This document shows, piece by piece, positions 30,050-40,283 of a DNA stretch of 64,000 bases (position 1 is its first letter; each line of letters begins with the position of its first letter). The notes below the pieces were generated by a model, which was not told the origin of the DNA, did no database searches, and was given only the letters and a program-made list of their open reading frames with translations. A program made the translations under genes and the position numbers. The DNA is taken from contig JANMPT010000024.1 in assembly GCA_031370005.1 (NCBI GenBank), positions 128,001 through 192,000 on the forward strand, read 5' to 3'. Source of the DNA: Bdellovibrionales bacterium. Its GTDB lineage: Bacteria > Bdellovibrionota > Bdellovibrionia > Bdellovibrionales > Bdellovibrionaceae.

Positions 30050-30556
30050 ATGCAAAAGGAATTAAATCCCGAACTTTTTGGCGAAAAGAAAAGTCCCTTG
30101 CCCGCCCGTCGTGAGCCCCTAGTGCCACCGGCTCCTAGCGCTGACCCGGCATATTTGAACACAGATCGGCAAATTTTCGAGCTTAAAAGCCAAATCCTTA
30201 ATATAAACGAACAGTTAAGTAAGATAAGCCAGGCCATGAATGAGGCCAATAAAAACGGAAGTGCGCGCATGGAGCGCTTCCAGCAGGGATTGAGCCGACT
30301 TGAAGCCAGCCATAATGGCTTAGCTATAGAGGCTGGGCAGAAAATTCAGCAAATTAATCACAAGCTTGTTGAACGAAAAACTCTCGATATGAAAATTCAA
30401 GAGATGGTGGACCGCCATAACAATGTAATTAAGAGTTTTGAGGTTCGCTTGAATCATATGCAGAGGCTTTTGGCTGAAAAGGAAGCGCAAACCTCCGCAG
30501 CTTACGCCTCACTGAATGAAGCAAAGATGGAAATCGCTCGCCTAAAACGATTCTAG
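30050..30556 (+). CDS. Coiled-coil hypothetical protein
   Basis: ATG at 30050 with AGGAGGAG RBS; heptad-rich. Confidence 0.75.
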   Translation: MQKELNPELFGEKKSPLPARREPLVPPAPSADPAYLNTDRQIFELKSQILNINEQLSKISQAMNEANKNGSARMERFQQGLSRLEASHNGLAIEAGQKIQQINHKLVERKTLDMKIQEMVDRHNNVIKSFEVRLNHMQRLLAEKEAQTSAAYASLNEAKMEIARLKRF

Positions 30557-32385
30557 TTTCTAGATTTATCCATTCTTTTTAAGAACTTAGGGACATCTTC
30601 AAAGCTTGTGAGGGTAAGTCCTTCAAGCCAAACTCCATTGGGACTGTAGAAAATTACTGATGGTAGTCCTTGAATCCTATACTTCGCTTTTAAATAACGC
30701 AATTGCTCGGAGTCCTCGGTAGCGTCGAACTTCAATAAAGTGAACTGCTCAGACATTGCCCGTACCTTTGTATCAGCAAAAGTAAACTGTTCAAGTTCAT
30801 GGCAAGCTGCACACCAATCAGCTCGAAAATCAATAATTACTGGTTTTTTTTCCTGAGCGGCTTTTTGTAAAAGCTCTTCACTATAGGGCTGCCAGTTTAA
30901 TTGTTGAATCTTATCAATGGCAGCTTCAGAAATAAATCTTTGATCGATTAGTGGTCGTAAATTGAAAACGCCAAAGGATAAATACCCAAGGCCAATTATC
31001 AAAAGGGCAATCATCAATCCTTTGTGGAGTCCTTGGCTGGGGGTTTTTACTGGCTGAAAGGCACCAAAGACGCTTGCAACTGCTACTAAGCCGACGCCCA
31101 AAGCCGTATCGAAGGCACGAGTTGAAACGAGAAGATTAAAATAATAATAAAAAGCACTTAGCATTAAAGAGCCCAGAAGAAATTTTGCTGCATTCATCCA
31201 AATACCTGAGCGTGGCAATAGGCGAGTGAATTGATTGCTCAAGCCGAGGGCCAGGAAAATCAAACCAAGTCCCAAGGCATAGGTGAAGAGCAAGGAGAAC
31301 CCAAGAAGCTTATTCTGATGTGTGGCTACATAGGCAAGAATAGTGACGAGCACAGGGCCTACACAGGGGCTTGCGACGATCCCGGCGAAGAGGCCAGTTA
31401 AATAAATTGTGAGATGTTTGTTGCCGGTGGAAACTTTACGACCGAATTTATGTCGAACCCATGCAGGCATTTGAATGTCGTAGAGCCCATACATTGACAA
31501 GGACATAGCTAAAAATACGAAACAAACAACAGAGAGCACATATGGATTGCCGAGGCTTGCGCCAAACAGAGTGCCACTCGAAGCTGCCGCCAAGCCCAAA
31601 ATGGAGTAAGTAGTGGCAATTCCTAATACATAGATACAGCTGACCAAAAAATTTTCTTTGCGGCTGCGTTTTTCTGACTCATTACCAAGAACAGCAAGAG
31701 TGATCGGGATCATCGGGAAGATGCAAGGAGTGAAGCTTGTAAGAATTCCGGCTAAGAAGGCGAGTACAAAAATAATTAAACCGCCTCTATTTAACATTTC
31801 CGCAAAGTAATCTGCTGAGAAAATACTTTTGCTGATAGTCAGTTGAGGTATGGGACTTTTTGGCGCCGCTATTGTGGGCAAGGCAGGGGCCCCGACAAGC
31901 TTTATCGGGGTCTCAATTCTCTTGGTTACTGGAAAAAGACAGAAGCTATCCGAACAGGCTTGATAAGTGAGTTCCACTACTAATTTTGTGGAAGCTTTCT
32001 GAAATTTTAAAGGAGCTTCAAGATGAGCCGTGATCGTGCCCGACTCTTCGACTCCATGACGGTTTTTCTTTGTGAACTTGTCATAGAACTCAAGAACGGG
32101 TTTGAGTTTAAAGCCACTCATTTTAAACCCATCAGGATCAAGGAGTGTTAGACGAAACATATCTTCGTAGGCGTGATATCCCTTAGGGAGTGTGATCTTA
32201 ATTTGGAGATCCCCACTTTGGCCGGGGTTCCATTCATATAAACTCAGTGAGACTTCTGTTAGAAGTGGGTCTGGATTGTCTTCAGGGCGGCCTTGGGCCC
32301 AAAGCAAGGGCCTTGGCCAAAGGCTTAGAAGAAATAAAAGGCTAAGTGCAATATTACGAAAACATAAAAAATAACTTTTTCTCAT
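30553..32385 (-). CDS. dsbD: Thiol:disulfide interchange protein DsbD
   Basis: YQACSDSFCLFP (N domain), FTPCIFPM and ASPCVGP (TM domain), WCAACHE (thioredoxin domain). Confidence 0.95.
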   Translation of the reverse strand: MRKSYFLCFRNIALSLLFLLSLWPRPLLWAQGRPEDNPDPLLTEVSLSLYEWNPGQSGDLQIKITLPKGYHAYEDMFRLTLLDPDGFKMSGFKLKPVLEFYDKFTKKNRHGVEESGTITAHLEAPLKFQKASTKLVVELTYQACSDSFCLFPVTKRIETPIKLVGAPALPTIAAPKSPIPQLTISKSIFSADYFAEMLNRGGLIIFVLAFLAGILTSFTPCIFPMIPITLAVLGNESEKRSRKENFLVSCIYVLGIATTYSILGLAAASSGTLFGASLGNPYVLSVVCFVFLAMSLSMYGLYDIQMPAWVRHKFGRKVSTGNKHLTIYLTGLFAGIVASPCVGPVLVTILAYVATHQNKLLGFSLLFTYALGLGLIFLALGLSNQFTRLLPRSGIWMNAAKFLLGSLMLSAFYYYFNLLVSTRAFDTALGVGLVAVASVFGAFQPVKTPSQGLHKGLMIALLIIGLGYLSFGVFNLRPLIDQRFISEAAIDKIQQLNWQPYSEELLQKAAQEKKPVIIDFRADWCAACHELEQFTFADTKVRAMSEQFTLLKFDATEDSEQLRYLKAKYRIQGLPSVIFYSPNGVWLEGLTLTSFEDVPKFLKRMDKSRN

Positions 32386-32458
32386 AACGCTACAATTCTT
32401 CGCTAGGTTTGCGGCTCTTGGGAGGCCTCGACTATGGACAAGTTTATCTCAAAGTCTC

Positions 32459-32486
32459 TAAATAGCATAGGCTTCTCTACCGATAA
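32459..32486 (+). promoter_or_regulatory. Putative sigma28 promoter of motAB
   Basis: TAAA-N16-ACCGATAA directly upstream of motA. Confidence 0.65.
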
Positions 32487-32505
32487 AGACTTTAAGAGGT
32501 AAATC

Positions 32506-33372
32506 ATGGGATTTGTCGGCATATTGATAGTTTTCGCAACAGTCTTCGGTGGATATATGGCTGGAGGCGGAAAAATGCATATCATCATCGAAGCTGCGAC
32601 GCTTGAGATGATCATCATTGGTGGCGCGGCATTTGGCGCTTACGTTATTGCCAATCCAATGAAAATTGTCAAGATGGGGATAAAGCTTGCGATCAAAGCT
32701 ATGACTTCAAAAGGTCCTCAAAAGAAAGATTACGTTGAGCTTTGCCAAATGATGTTCCAGGTTTTTCAAGTGTTAAGAAAAGAGGGTCCTCAAGGGATCG
32801 AAAAGCATATTGAAAATCCAGAACAGAGTGAGATTTTTAAAGCCTACCCAAGTTTTATGCACAACCACCATGCTGTTCACTTTTTGTGCGACACAATGAA
32901 AATCACATTGTCAGCCGAGCTTTCACAATATGATGTGGATGATTTGCTGACTTCAGATATTAAAGGTATTCATGCTGAGGAGCATTTGGCCCAACACGCC
33001 ATTGGCGCCGTCGCAGGAGGCTTTCCCGGATTAGGTATCGTCGCCGCCGTTTTAGGTATCGTTAAGACCATGGCACATTTAACGGAAGGGACTGAGGTCA
33101 TCGGGGAGAACGTTGCCCATGCCCTTGTGGGTACGATGTTGGGAGTGTTCTGTGCTTATGGTTTGCTCGAGCCAACAGCTACGAAAATGGCAGCGGATAT
33201 TGAAGCAGAAGGTCGATACCTAGAAGTTATTAAAGCGGCGATGATTGCTTGTCAAAGAGGCGCGCCACCGATTGTTTGTGTTGAGTTTGGCCGTCGCTCT
33301 ATTATGCCTGAAGAGCGTCCGTCTTTTGATGAGATTGATAAGGCGACAAAAGAAATTAAGAAAGCGGCGTAA
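32506..33372 (+). CDS. motA: Flagellar stator protein MotA
   Basis: RKEGPQGIE, FPGLGIVAAVLG, ALVGTMLGV, VEFGRR. Confidence 0.96.
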   Translation: MGFVGILIVFATVFGGYMAGGGKMHIIIEAATLEMIIIGGAAFGAYVIANPMKIVKMGIKLAIKAMTSKGPQKKDYVELCQMMFQVFQVLRKEGPQGIEKHIENPEQSEIFKAYPSFMHNHHAVHFLCDTMKITLSAELSQYDVDDLLTSDIKGIHAEEHLAQHAIGAVAGGFPGLGIVAAVLGIVKTMAHLTEGTEVIGENVAHALVGTMLGVFCAYGLLEPTATKMAADIEAEGRYLEVIKAAMIACQRGAPPIVCVEFGRRSIMPEERPSFDEIDKATKEIKKAA

Positions 33373-33378
33373 CCATAC

Positions 33379-34371
33379 ATGGCTGAAAAAAAGACAACAA
33401 TCGTTATTAAGAAAATCACAGTTGTCGCTGGAGGCGGGCATGGCGGTTCCTGGAAAGTGGCACTTGCAGACTTTATGACAGCGATGATGGCCTTCTTTTT
33501 GGTTATGTGGTTATTAGGCCAAAGTGAGGAAACAAAAAAGGCAGTTTCAGATTATTTTTCTACACCCTCAGTGATTGAATATAATTTTCAAAACTTCGGC
33601 GCCGAGATCACCCTTGAAAAGCTTTTTCTAGATTTGGTCAATGAACCTTTGAAAGCATTCCAACAGTTCATTGAGCCTGTGACCAAAACTCCGAATCTTT
33701 TAGATATGGGTTCGGCGAAAGTGGTTACTGCATTTTTGGCGGATCAAATGAATGATTATGCTAAAAATGTCCAAGTCAATCCGGATGGATTTGATTTCGA
33801 CGTTCCAGATACGGTTCTCTTTGAGCGAGGCACGTCCAATCCACTAATTACTTTTGTTGACGTGATGGATAAGATCAAGGGAGTCACAACTGGTCTTCAG
33901 GACGCTGAGATCAAAGTCACGTCAGGGTTGTTTGTTCAAGCAGTTCCAGGATCAAATCCAAGCCTCGCGAATAAAATATCCTCGGAACGCTTGGATCTTG
34001 TGAAAAATAAAATACAGGCGGGGCTTGAATTCAATACGGTGACCCTGAAAAGCTATAGCAGCGTAAAAGAAAAACGTGGCGAGGTAGATCCACAAAAATT
34101 AATAGGCTTTATTCGCATTAGCATCAAGCAGAAAGATGTCACTAGCACTGGGAAGAAACCACGCAAGCTTGAAACAATTTTTGGCGACCCGAATGTCAGC
34201 ATGTCAGTTTATGAGAACTTTGTGAAACAGGCGGCGAATCGTAGGACCCAAGAAAAGCCGCAGCAGAAAAAGTTTGGCAAAGTCGAAAAAATTAAAAATC
34301 CAGTAAGTGAAGAGATGGACAAGCGCAACAGTGCGGAGATTCCAGGAGCTCAAGATCAGCATGGAGAGTAG
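33379..34371 (+). CDS. motB: Flagellar stator protein MotB (divergent periplasmic domain)
   Basis: [25 protein letters not shown] with the conserved Asp; follows motA. Confidence 0.92.
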   Translation: MAEKKTTIVIKKITVVAGGGHGGSWKVALADFMTAMMAFFLVMWLLGQSEETKKAVSDYFSTPSVIEYNFQNFGAEITLEKLFLDLVNEPLKAFQQFIEPVTKTPNLLDMGSAKVVTAFLADQMNDYAKNVQVNPDGFDFDVPDTVLFERGTSNPLITFVDVMDKIKGVTTGLQDAEIKVTSGLFVQAVPGSNPSLANKISSERLDLVKNKIQAGLEFNTVTLKSYSSVKEKRGEVDPQKLIGFIRISIKQKDVTSTGKKPRKLETIFGDPNVSMSVYENFVKQAANRRTQEKPQQKKFGKVEKIKNPVSEEMDKRNSAEIPGAQDQHGE

Positions 34372-34478
34372 CTTAAACACACGTGCAGCGTATCGAGGCA
34401 CCTTCTTCTTGCAACGCTTGGCCGCGTAGGGAAAGAAAATAGCATACAATTTTTTTGTTTGGGCCATTAATCTGGTTA

Positions 34479-34506
34479 GAGAGGTATTGCATTCGAAATA
34501 CCTCTC
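34479..34506. terminator. Hairpin between convergent motB and a hypothetical gene
   Basis: GAGAGGTATT-N8-AATACCTCTC, 10-bp inverted repeat. Confidence 0.55.
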
Positions 34507-34527
34507 CTGCCATTAATTATTTACGGA

Positions 34528-35022
34528 TTATTTACCATTTTCGAAAGACTGAAGCTCAGTATGTGTTTGCATTGTGTTGGTGCCATTATTTTGAGTCACA
34601 TCAGCTTTGACCACACCAAAGGCAACACCCGCAGCAATCCACATGGTGCCAGCTCTTTTGCCACTTGTGGGAAGTGCACAGGTGCTGAAGTTACCGGCTG
34701 GAACTGTCACTGCTTCAGGTTTTCCGCCATATGCAGCACAATTTGCAACAATTGCTGCTGCCATTTGATCAGTGATCATTTCTTGAGCCGCTTTTTGTTC
34801 AGTTTGAACCATTGACTGCCCCCCAAAGTTCATAGTCGACTGGATGCCAAAAAGGCCACTTTGTTGGTCGAAGGAAAGAATCACTTGCTCAACAGTGCCG
34901 GTGGTTTGCTTGCTACCTTGGATGATCGTCGTATTGTAAACAGCGTGGTCGCCAATACTTGGCATGGCGAAAGCAGGTGCAGTGATGAGAAGGGATGCGA
35001 AAGATAAAAGAATACTTTTCAT
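34528..35022 (-). CDS. Exported beta-rich hypothetical protein
   Basis: ATG at 35022 with AGGAG RBS; signal peptide ending AFA; EAVTVPAGNF motif. Confidence 0.75.
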   Translation of the reverse strand: MKSILLSFASLLITAPAFAMPSIGDHAVYNTTIIQGSKQTTGTVEQVILSFDQQSGLFGIQSTMNFGGQSMVQTEQKAAQEMITDQMAAAIVANCAAYGGKPEAVTVPAGNFSTCALPTSGKRAGTMWIAAGVAFGVVKADVTQNNGTNTMQTHTELQSFENGK

Positions 35023-35144
35023 GGGTTCTCCTTGAACTTGTTGATAGATGGGCATTATGCGCTGATTGACTATTCTTAGGAAATTCATGTGAAATCAATA
35101 AAGAAAGTAATTTAAACTGCAATTGCGCAGCGTGCTGGAGGACT

Positions 35145-36235
35145 ATGTTTCCGGGGCTCAAACAAAAGATACATGAAGTCCAAGATAAGTATGAAAAACA
35201 ATTGGAAATCATCTTTTTTGTAGGTGGGTTTCTTTTTGATGCCTTGATGGTTTCAGAAGTAGACGACCTATTTGCCATTGCACAACAAGCGCTATATTTA
35301 TTATCGCCGCCTTGATTCATTTTGAATTGCTTTTTCGGCTTGGCAAGTGGAGGCCTCAGGGGCGTGTCGCAAAAGTTTGGGATTTTAGAAATCTTCTTTT
35401 GCACTTTTTATTGGGAACACTGCTGAATATCTATTCTCTTTTTTATATTAAAAGTGCTTCTTTTTTAAATAGTTTATTATTTTTGTTGGTTATGATTGGA
35501 ATGGTTTTTGTCAACGAGCTCCCGTTATTTAAAAAATCCGATATTAGCTTCAAGGTGGGTTTGTATGCCATTTGTGTATTTTCTTTTTTCTCGATTCTGT
35601 ATCCCATCGGATTCGGCTTCATAGGCTGGGTTCCATTTGGTTTAGCCTTAGCGACGACTCTCGCCATTTTTTATCTCCAAGTCAGGCGTCTCAAAAAACA
35701 TCATTTAGACGAGAAAACGCTTTATCGCGCCATTTTGGTTCCAGGAGTATCTGTCATAGTTGTTTTTTTATTTTTCTACTTCATGAAGTGGATTCCACCA
35801 GTTCCGCTGAGCGTGAAAGATCAAGGTGTTTATCATTTGATAGAAAAAAAAGATGGAGAATATCTGCTTTCAACGGAAAAAGAGTGGTGGAAGTTTTGGC
35901 AATCAGGAGATCAATTCTTTAAAGCCGAGCCAGGGGATAAAATTTACTTTTACGCGCAAATCTATTCTCCGGCCCGTTTTTCAGATCATGTGTACGTGCA
36001 ATTTTCATGGGATGATCCTCGTTTTGGTTGGCAAAGGGCGGATCATATCCCTTTAAAGATTGTCGGTGGACGTAAAGAGGGCTATCGTGGTTATGCAATT
36101 AAATCGAATTATCAGCCAGGGTCTTGGCGTGTTCAGGTGGTCACAGATAGCGGACTTGAGATATCACGTTTGTATTTTGAGGTAAGTGCAGTTCAAAAAA
36201 ATTCAGAAAGAAGCTTTGTTGTTTTAAAAAAATAA
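35145..36235 (+). pseudogene. DUF2914-like membrane protein split by a frameshift
   Basis: ATG at 35145 (GGAGG RBS) gives MFPGLKQK...IIFFVGGFLFDAL...ALYLLSPP-stop; the reading continues in the -1 frame as IAALIHFE... through TM helices to GGRKEGYRGY...GSWRVQV. Confidence 0.75.
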
Positions 36236-36237
36236 AC

Positions 36238-36960
36238 TTAGAAGTTTGTTGATGCCCCGACAAAGATTGCGATATCACCTTGGCCATTCGAGAACTGTGA
36301 AGGAGCCGAAGTCCCGGTGCCGGTAATTTGATAAGTAATGTTGCCACTGCTCTTGTATTGAAATGAAGTGAGTAGATCGAAATAATTTTCATTGGTTGGA
36401 ATATTGTAAATCATCGTGTAGCCGATTTCATTATCCCACTTCCAACTTTGGTTGATATCAAAGGACTTGCCAAAAGAGTAGTAGGTTGAGGCATATTCAC
36501 TGCCTTCCCAGTTGCTGTTGTTTTCATAGCGAATACGATAGCCATAAGATGTTATTAGTATATAAGTTGTATTTCCATTACGCGTATTGGTCTTGAAGTA
36601 GTGATTATCGAAGTAGCCTAGTTTAAAATCTGTGGTTGGGGTAATTTGGACTTTGAGTTCCGCATTAATTTTCAAAAGAAAATGCTCTGTAGACTGGTAA
36701 TTAACGTTAGAGCCCATGACTCCCAATTTGAATTGAGGGCCAAAGTTAAAACCAAAAGATCCCTGCAGGGATGGATCTTTATTCGTCTGAGTAAGGCCAT
36801 GTTCTACGAAGTTGGTTAAAAGAGCCACATCTCCAGTCATCTTAAAGCTTGGGACCTCGTTTTTGTTATCTTGCTGTGCGAAGGATTGCAGACTAAAAAT
36901 AACGCTGATGAGCAGCAATGAGAATTTCAAAATGTAGATATCGTGGAGCTTATATTTCAT
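36238..36960 (-). CDS. TorF/TIGR02001-like outer-membrane beta-barrel
   Basis: Signal peptide; HGLTQTNKDPSLQG motif; C-terminal Phe. Confidence 0.75.
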   Translation of the reverse strand: MKYKLHDIYILKFSLLLISVIFSLQSFAQQDNKNEVPSFKMTGDVALLTNFVEHGLTQTNKDPSLQGSFGFNFGPQFKLGVMGSNVNYQSTEHFLLKINAELKVQITPTTDFKLGYFDNHYFKTNTRNGNTTYILITSYGYRIRYENNSNWEGSEYASTYYSFGKSFDINQSWKWDNEIGYTMIYNIPTNENYFDLLTSFQYKSSGNITYQITGTGTSAPSQFSNGQGDIAIFVGASTNF

Positions 36961-37002
36961 ATTTCTTTTGTCTTTCTATTAATTTGACTCAAATCGAATT
37001 CA

Positions 37003-37854
37003 ATGACAAACACAAACGACTATATGGAAACTCATAGACCTTGGACCGAATACACATTTGTTGCGTTTGATACTGAAACCAGCGGCGCCTATCCCCTTGG
37101 ATCTGATATCATCGAATTTGGCGCTGTGAAGTGGTGCGGAGGCCAAGAAGTTGAGAGCTATCAGACTTTGTTGAGACCTCGCGAGTTACTGTCCGAGTTC
37201 AACATGAGTATTCATGGAATTAGTAACGAGATGGTTGCGAAAGCTCCTGTGATGTCTGAGAAGATCCGCGAAATACATGATTTTATGAGTGACGCAGTTC
37301 CTATGGCCCATCACGCCCCTTTCGATATGGGTTTTATTGCTGTAGAACTTGAAACCTATGGGTTGCCGCTTCTGACAGGGCCAGTTTTATGCACAAGTTT
37401 GCTCTCTAGAAAATGGATCTATGGAGTTGAGAACCACAAACTCCAAACTTTGGTCAAGTTTCTAAATATCGATGGAGGAGCGGCTCACCGTGCCTTGGAT
37501 GATGCACGCGCGTGTTTGAGGGTGGGACTTGAGTGTTTCAAGCGTATGGGCGAAAATGCGACCCTGGAGGATGCGATCGAAAGCCAAAGCAAGAATCTCA
37601 AATGGGATGATTATTCACTTCTTCATTGGAATAACCCTATTGTGAAGGTGTTGACTGAAGCAATTTATCAGAAAATAAATGTTAAGATCATCTACGAAAA
37701 ATCATCAGGCTTGAAGGTCGAGCCGCGCCAAGTAAGTCCGATGGGAGTTGTGCGCAACCCGGACGGAGACTATCTCCAGGCTTTCTGCATGCGCGACAAA
37801 ACTAGTAAAAGATTTTACTTAGCAAAAATTAAGGACGCGGTTCACGTTTATTAG
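37003..37854 (+). CDS. DEDDh 3'-5' exonuclease (DnaQ-like) fused to a C-terminal WYL-like domain
   Basis: FDTETSG, HHAPFDMGF, HRALDDA; C-terminal IIYE...RQVSP...YLQAFC...KRFYLAKI. Confidence 0.85.
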   Translation: MTNTNDYMETHRPWTEYTFVAFDTETSGAYPLGSDIIEFGAVKWCGGQEVESYQTLLRPRELLSEFNMSIHGISNEMVAKAPVMSEKIREIHDFMSDAVPMAHHAPFDMGFIAVELETYGLPLLTGPVLCTSLLSRKWIYGVENHKLQTLVKFLNIDGGAAHRALDDARACLRVGLECFKRMGENATLEDAIESQSKNLKWDDYSLLHWNNPIVKVLTEAIYQKINVKIIYEKSSGLKVEPRQVSPMGVVRNPDGDYLQAFCMRDKTSKRFYLAKIKDAVHVY

Positions 37855-38755
37855 GGTCACCGCTGTCATCTCGACGTCGAAGAAGTTCGGTTCGAACCTT
37901 TTCTGCAAGTCCCTCAAGGTGGCGGAATTCATCTCCTGAACGCAGTTTCAAATGGCGATCTTTGCCATCCAGGGTATCAATCAGAAATTTTTCAAAAGCA
38001 TAAACTGGTCCTGCGATTCGATGAGAGATAAGTCTGCCTACAGCAAAAAGAATCACACAAAAAGCGAAACAAATGATTGCGTAAGTGATTACAAATGGAA
38101 CTAGGAATTTATTCAAAAGAAATTGGTTGTTCCCGACGAGCTCAGAAATTGTGACTCTCAAATAAGTATAAGAGAAGACAAGGCTGATCAAGGTAAGGCT
38201 AAGTCCTACGGCCATTAGGACTAAACAATATTTAAGTTGGAATTTTTTATCAATCCAATATTGTTTGCGTGCATTGTTCTCGGGCCATAGAAGATCACCT
38301 TCGCGTATAACCGCATAAACAATAATACCGTAGCCCACCCACTGAAGAGCATCGGCAAGATTAAAAGCTGGGCTTGAAAGACTTGGTGAGCCTAAAACGA
38401 TAAAATCGATAACGTAACCATAGATAATCCGATCGGTAACGTTACCAAGAATCCCGCCGAGAAGAATAGACAGCCCAGAGCGCAGCGTAAGACTGCGAAT
38501 TGGAAGTAAATACTGAACAACTACATAGGAACAGATGAGGAATGCTCCGCCAGTGGAGAGCGAGACGATACGTAGCACCGCTGGCAGTTCAGAAAAAAGT
38601 CCTAACATCGCACCGTGATTATGATGAAGAATGAAGTTAACTGGACCATGGGTGGATGGCCCATGCATATCAGATGCAGCAATTTTACTTACACGATCAA
38701 TAAGCCAGGTTATGATTAAAGGCAGGGTAACTAAGAGCCAGTCACGTTTTTTCAT
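37829..38755 (-). CDS. lspA: Lipoprotein signal peptidase II with C-terminal two-TM plus HAMP-like extension
   Basis: NHGAMLG, GNVTDRI, VIDFI, FNLADA; tail SHRIAGPVYAFEK...LRSGDEFRHL. Confidence 0.88.
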   Translation of the reverse strand: MKKRDWLLVTLPLIITWLIDRVSKIAASDMHGPSTHGPVNFILHHNHGAMLGLFSELPAVLRIVSLSTGGAFLICSYVVVQYLLPIRSLTLRSGLSILLGGILGNVTDRIIYGYVIDFIVLGSPSLSSPAFNLADALQWVGYGIIVYAVIREGDLLWPENNARKQYWIDKKFQLKYCLVLMAVGLSLTLISLVFSYTYLRVTISELVGNNQFLLNKFLVPFVITYAIICFAFCVILFAVGRLISHRIAGPVYAFEKFLIDTLDGKDRHLKLRSGDEFRHLEGLAEKVRTELLRRRDDSGDPNKREPRP

Positions 38756-38833
38756 ATCTTTTCAATGTACCAAGTGATTTTCCTTGAGGGCAACAAGGCA
38801 CATAGATACCATTTTTAAGTCCAGGAGATATAT

Positions 38834-40246
38834 ATGAGGTATTTATTTTTAGTGGTTTTTTTAATTTCAGGAAGTCCAGCCTTTGCAGAAGAGAACTTCA
38901 AGTCAGAGCTTCAAAAGCTCATCAAGCATCTGGGGGTCCCAGAGGCTGATTTGGGACTCTATGTGACCTTAGGTGAAGGTGAAAATCCAGAAGTAGTTAT
39001 TGATTTGAACTCCAGAAAGAAAATGATTCCAGCTTCTATCTCGAAAGTTGCTACGACTTCAGCGGTGTTAGAGCAGTTTCCGCCGGGCTATAAATTCAAG
39101 ACCCTGCTATTGTCGAATGGAGAGGTTCAAGGCAAAACCCTTAAGGGGGATTTAATTCTTAAAGGTGGCGGTGATCCAAGTTTTGTTGCTGAAAACATGT
39201 GGTTCTTGGTAAATAGCTTTAAACGCAATGAAATCCAAAAAGTTGAAGGTGATATTGTTGTTGATGATACGCTCTTTGATCAAAAAAGATACGACTCTAG
39301 CCGCCAGCCAGAACGCGTAGACCGTGCTTATGATGCTCCTGTTGGGGCGATGTCTTTTAACTGGAATTCAGTAAATATTTTTGTGCGCCCGAGCGGAAAA
39401 AAGGGAGAACCTGCAAAGGTCTTTTTGGACCCTGAAAATGATTACGTTAGGCTGGTGAATAGGGCAACAACAACCAGTGGCACAGAAAGTAGCATCGTGG
39501 CCTCTCGTGTAGAAGATAAAAATTTTGTTGGCGACGTCATTCATGTTAGCGGAAAGATTGGTCTGAACTCGAAAGAAGTCGTCATATATAAAAACATCAC
39601 ACAGCCAGACTTGTGGGCGGGTTATAATTTAAAGTCTTTCTTAGCTCAACGGGGTATCCTCGTGACAGGAAAAGTACGCGCCGGAAAAACGCCAGAGAAG
39701 GCAGTTGTTCTTGCCGAGTCTGAAAGCAAGAGCGTAGAGCAATCTCTTCAGGATATGAATAAGTTTTCTAACAATTATATTGCAGAAATGTTGACAAAGG
39801 ATTTGGGTGCTCTGAGCGGTCAACCGGGCACCTTGGATGGCGGAATGGAGATGATCAACACTCATCTGAAAAAGCTTGGTCTTCCTCAGGATCAATATTA
39901 TTTTCAAAATCCCTCAGGGCTGACTCGGGACAATCGTATTAGTGCTTTTTCAATGTGGAAAATTATTCATCACTTAATAAACGACTTCCAGGTTCAACCG
40001 GAGTTTTTAACCTCTCTTCCAATTGCTGGAATTGATGGCACTTTAAAAAAGCGAATGAAAAATTCACCTGGGCAACGCTGGGTCAGAGCTAAAACCGGTT
40101 TTTTGACCGATGTTGTGAGCTTAGCTGGCTATGCTGGACGTAGGGACGGTCGAGTTTTTACCTTCACCTTTATCTTCAATGGTACAAAAGATCAGGCGAT
40201 TGTGAGAAGCTTTTTTGATCAGATGCTGATTACTCTTTTAAAATAG
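38834..40246 (+). CDS. dacB: D-Ala-D-Ala carboxypeptidase/endopeptidase (PBP4, S13)
   Basis: PASISK (SxxK), GGGDPS, FSNN (SxN), AKTG. Confidence 0.95.
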   Translation: MRYLFLVVFLISGSPAFAEENFKSELQKLIKHLGVPEADLGLYVTLGEGENPEVVIDLNSRKKMIPASISKVATTSAVLEQFPPGYKFKTLLLSNGEVQGKTLKGDLILKGGGDPSFVAENMWFLVNSFKRNEIQKVEGDIVVDDTLFDQKRYDSSRQPERVDRAYDAPVGAMSFNWNSVNIFVRPSGKKGEPAKVFLDPENDYVRLVNRATTTSGTESSIVASRVEDKNFVGDVIHVSGKIGLNSKEVVIYKNITQPDLWAGYNLKSFLAQRGILVTGKVRAGKTPEKAVVLAESESKSVEQSLQDMNKFSNNYIAEMLTKDLGALSGQPGTLDGGMEMINTHLKKLGLPQDQYYFQNPSGLTRDNRISAFSMWKIIHHLINDFQVQPEFLTSLPIAGIDGTLKKRMKNSPGQRWVRAKTGFLTDVVSLAGYAGRRDGRVFTFTFIFNGTKDQAIVRSFFDQMLITLLK

Positions 40247-40283
40247 TATAAAAAGTTTAGAGTAAAACCATGGAGGGACTTAC

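Noticed and set aside
34913..35404. 163-aa minus-strand ORF
   Set aside because: Overlaps the better supported frameshifted plus-strand gene and the 35022 gene; no motifs
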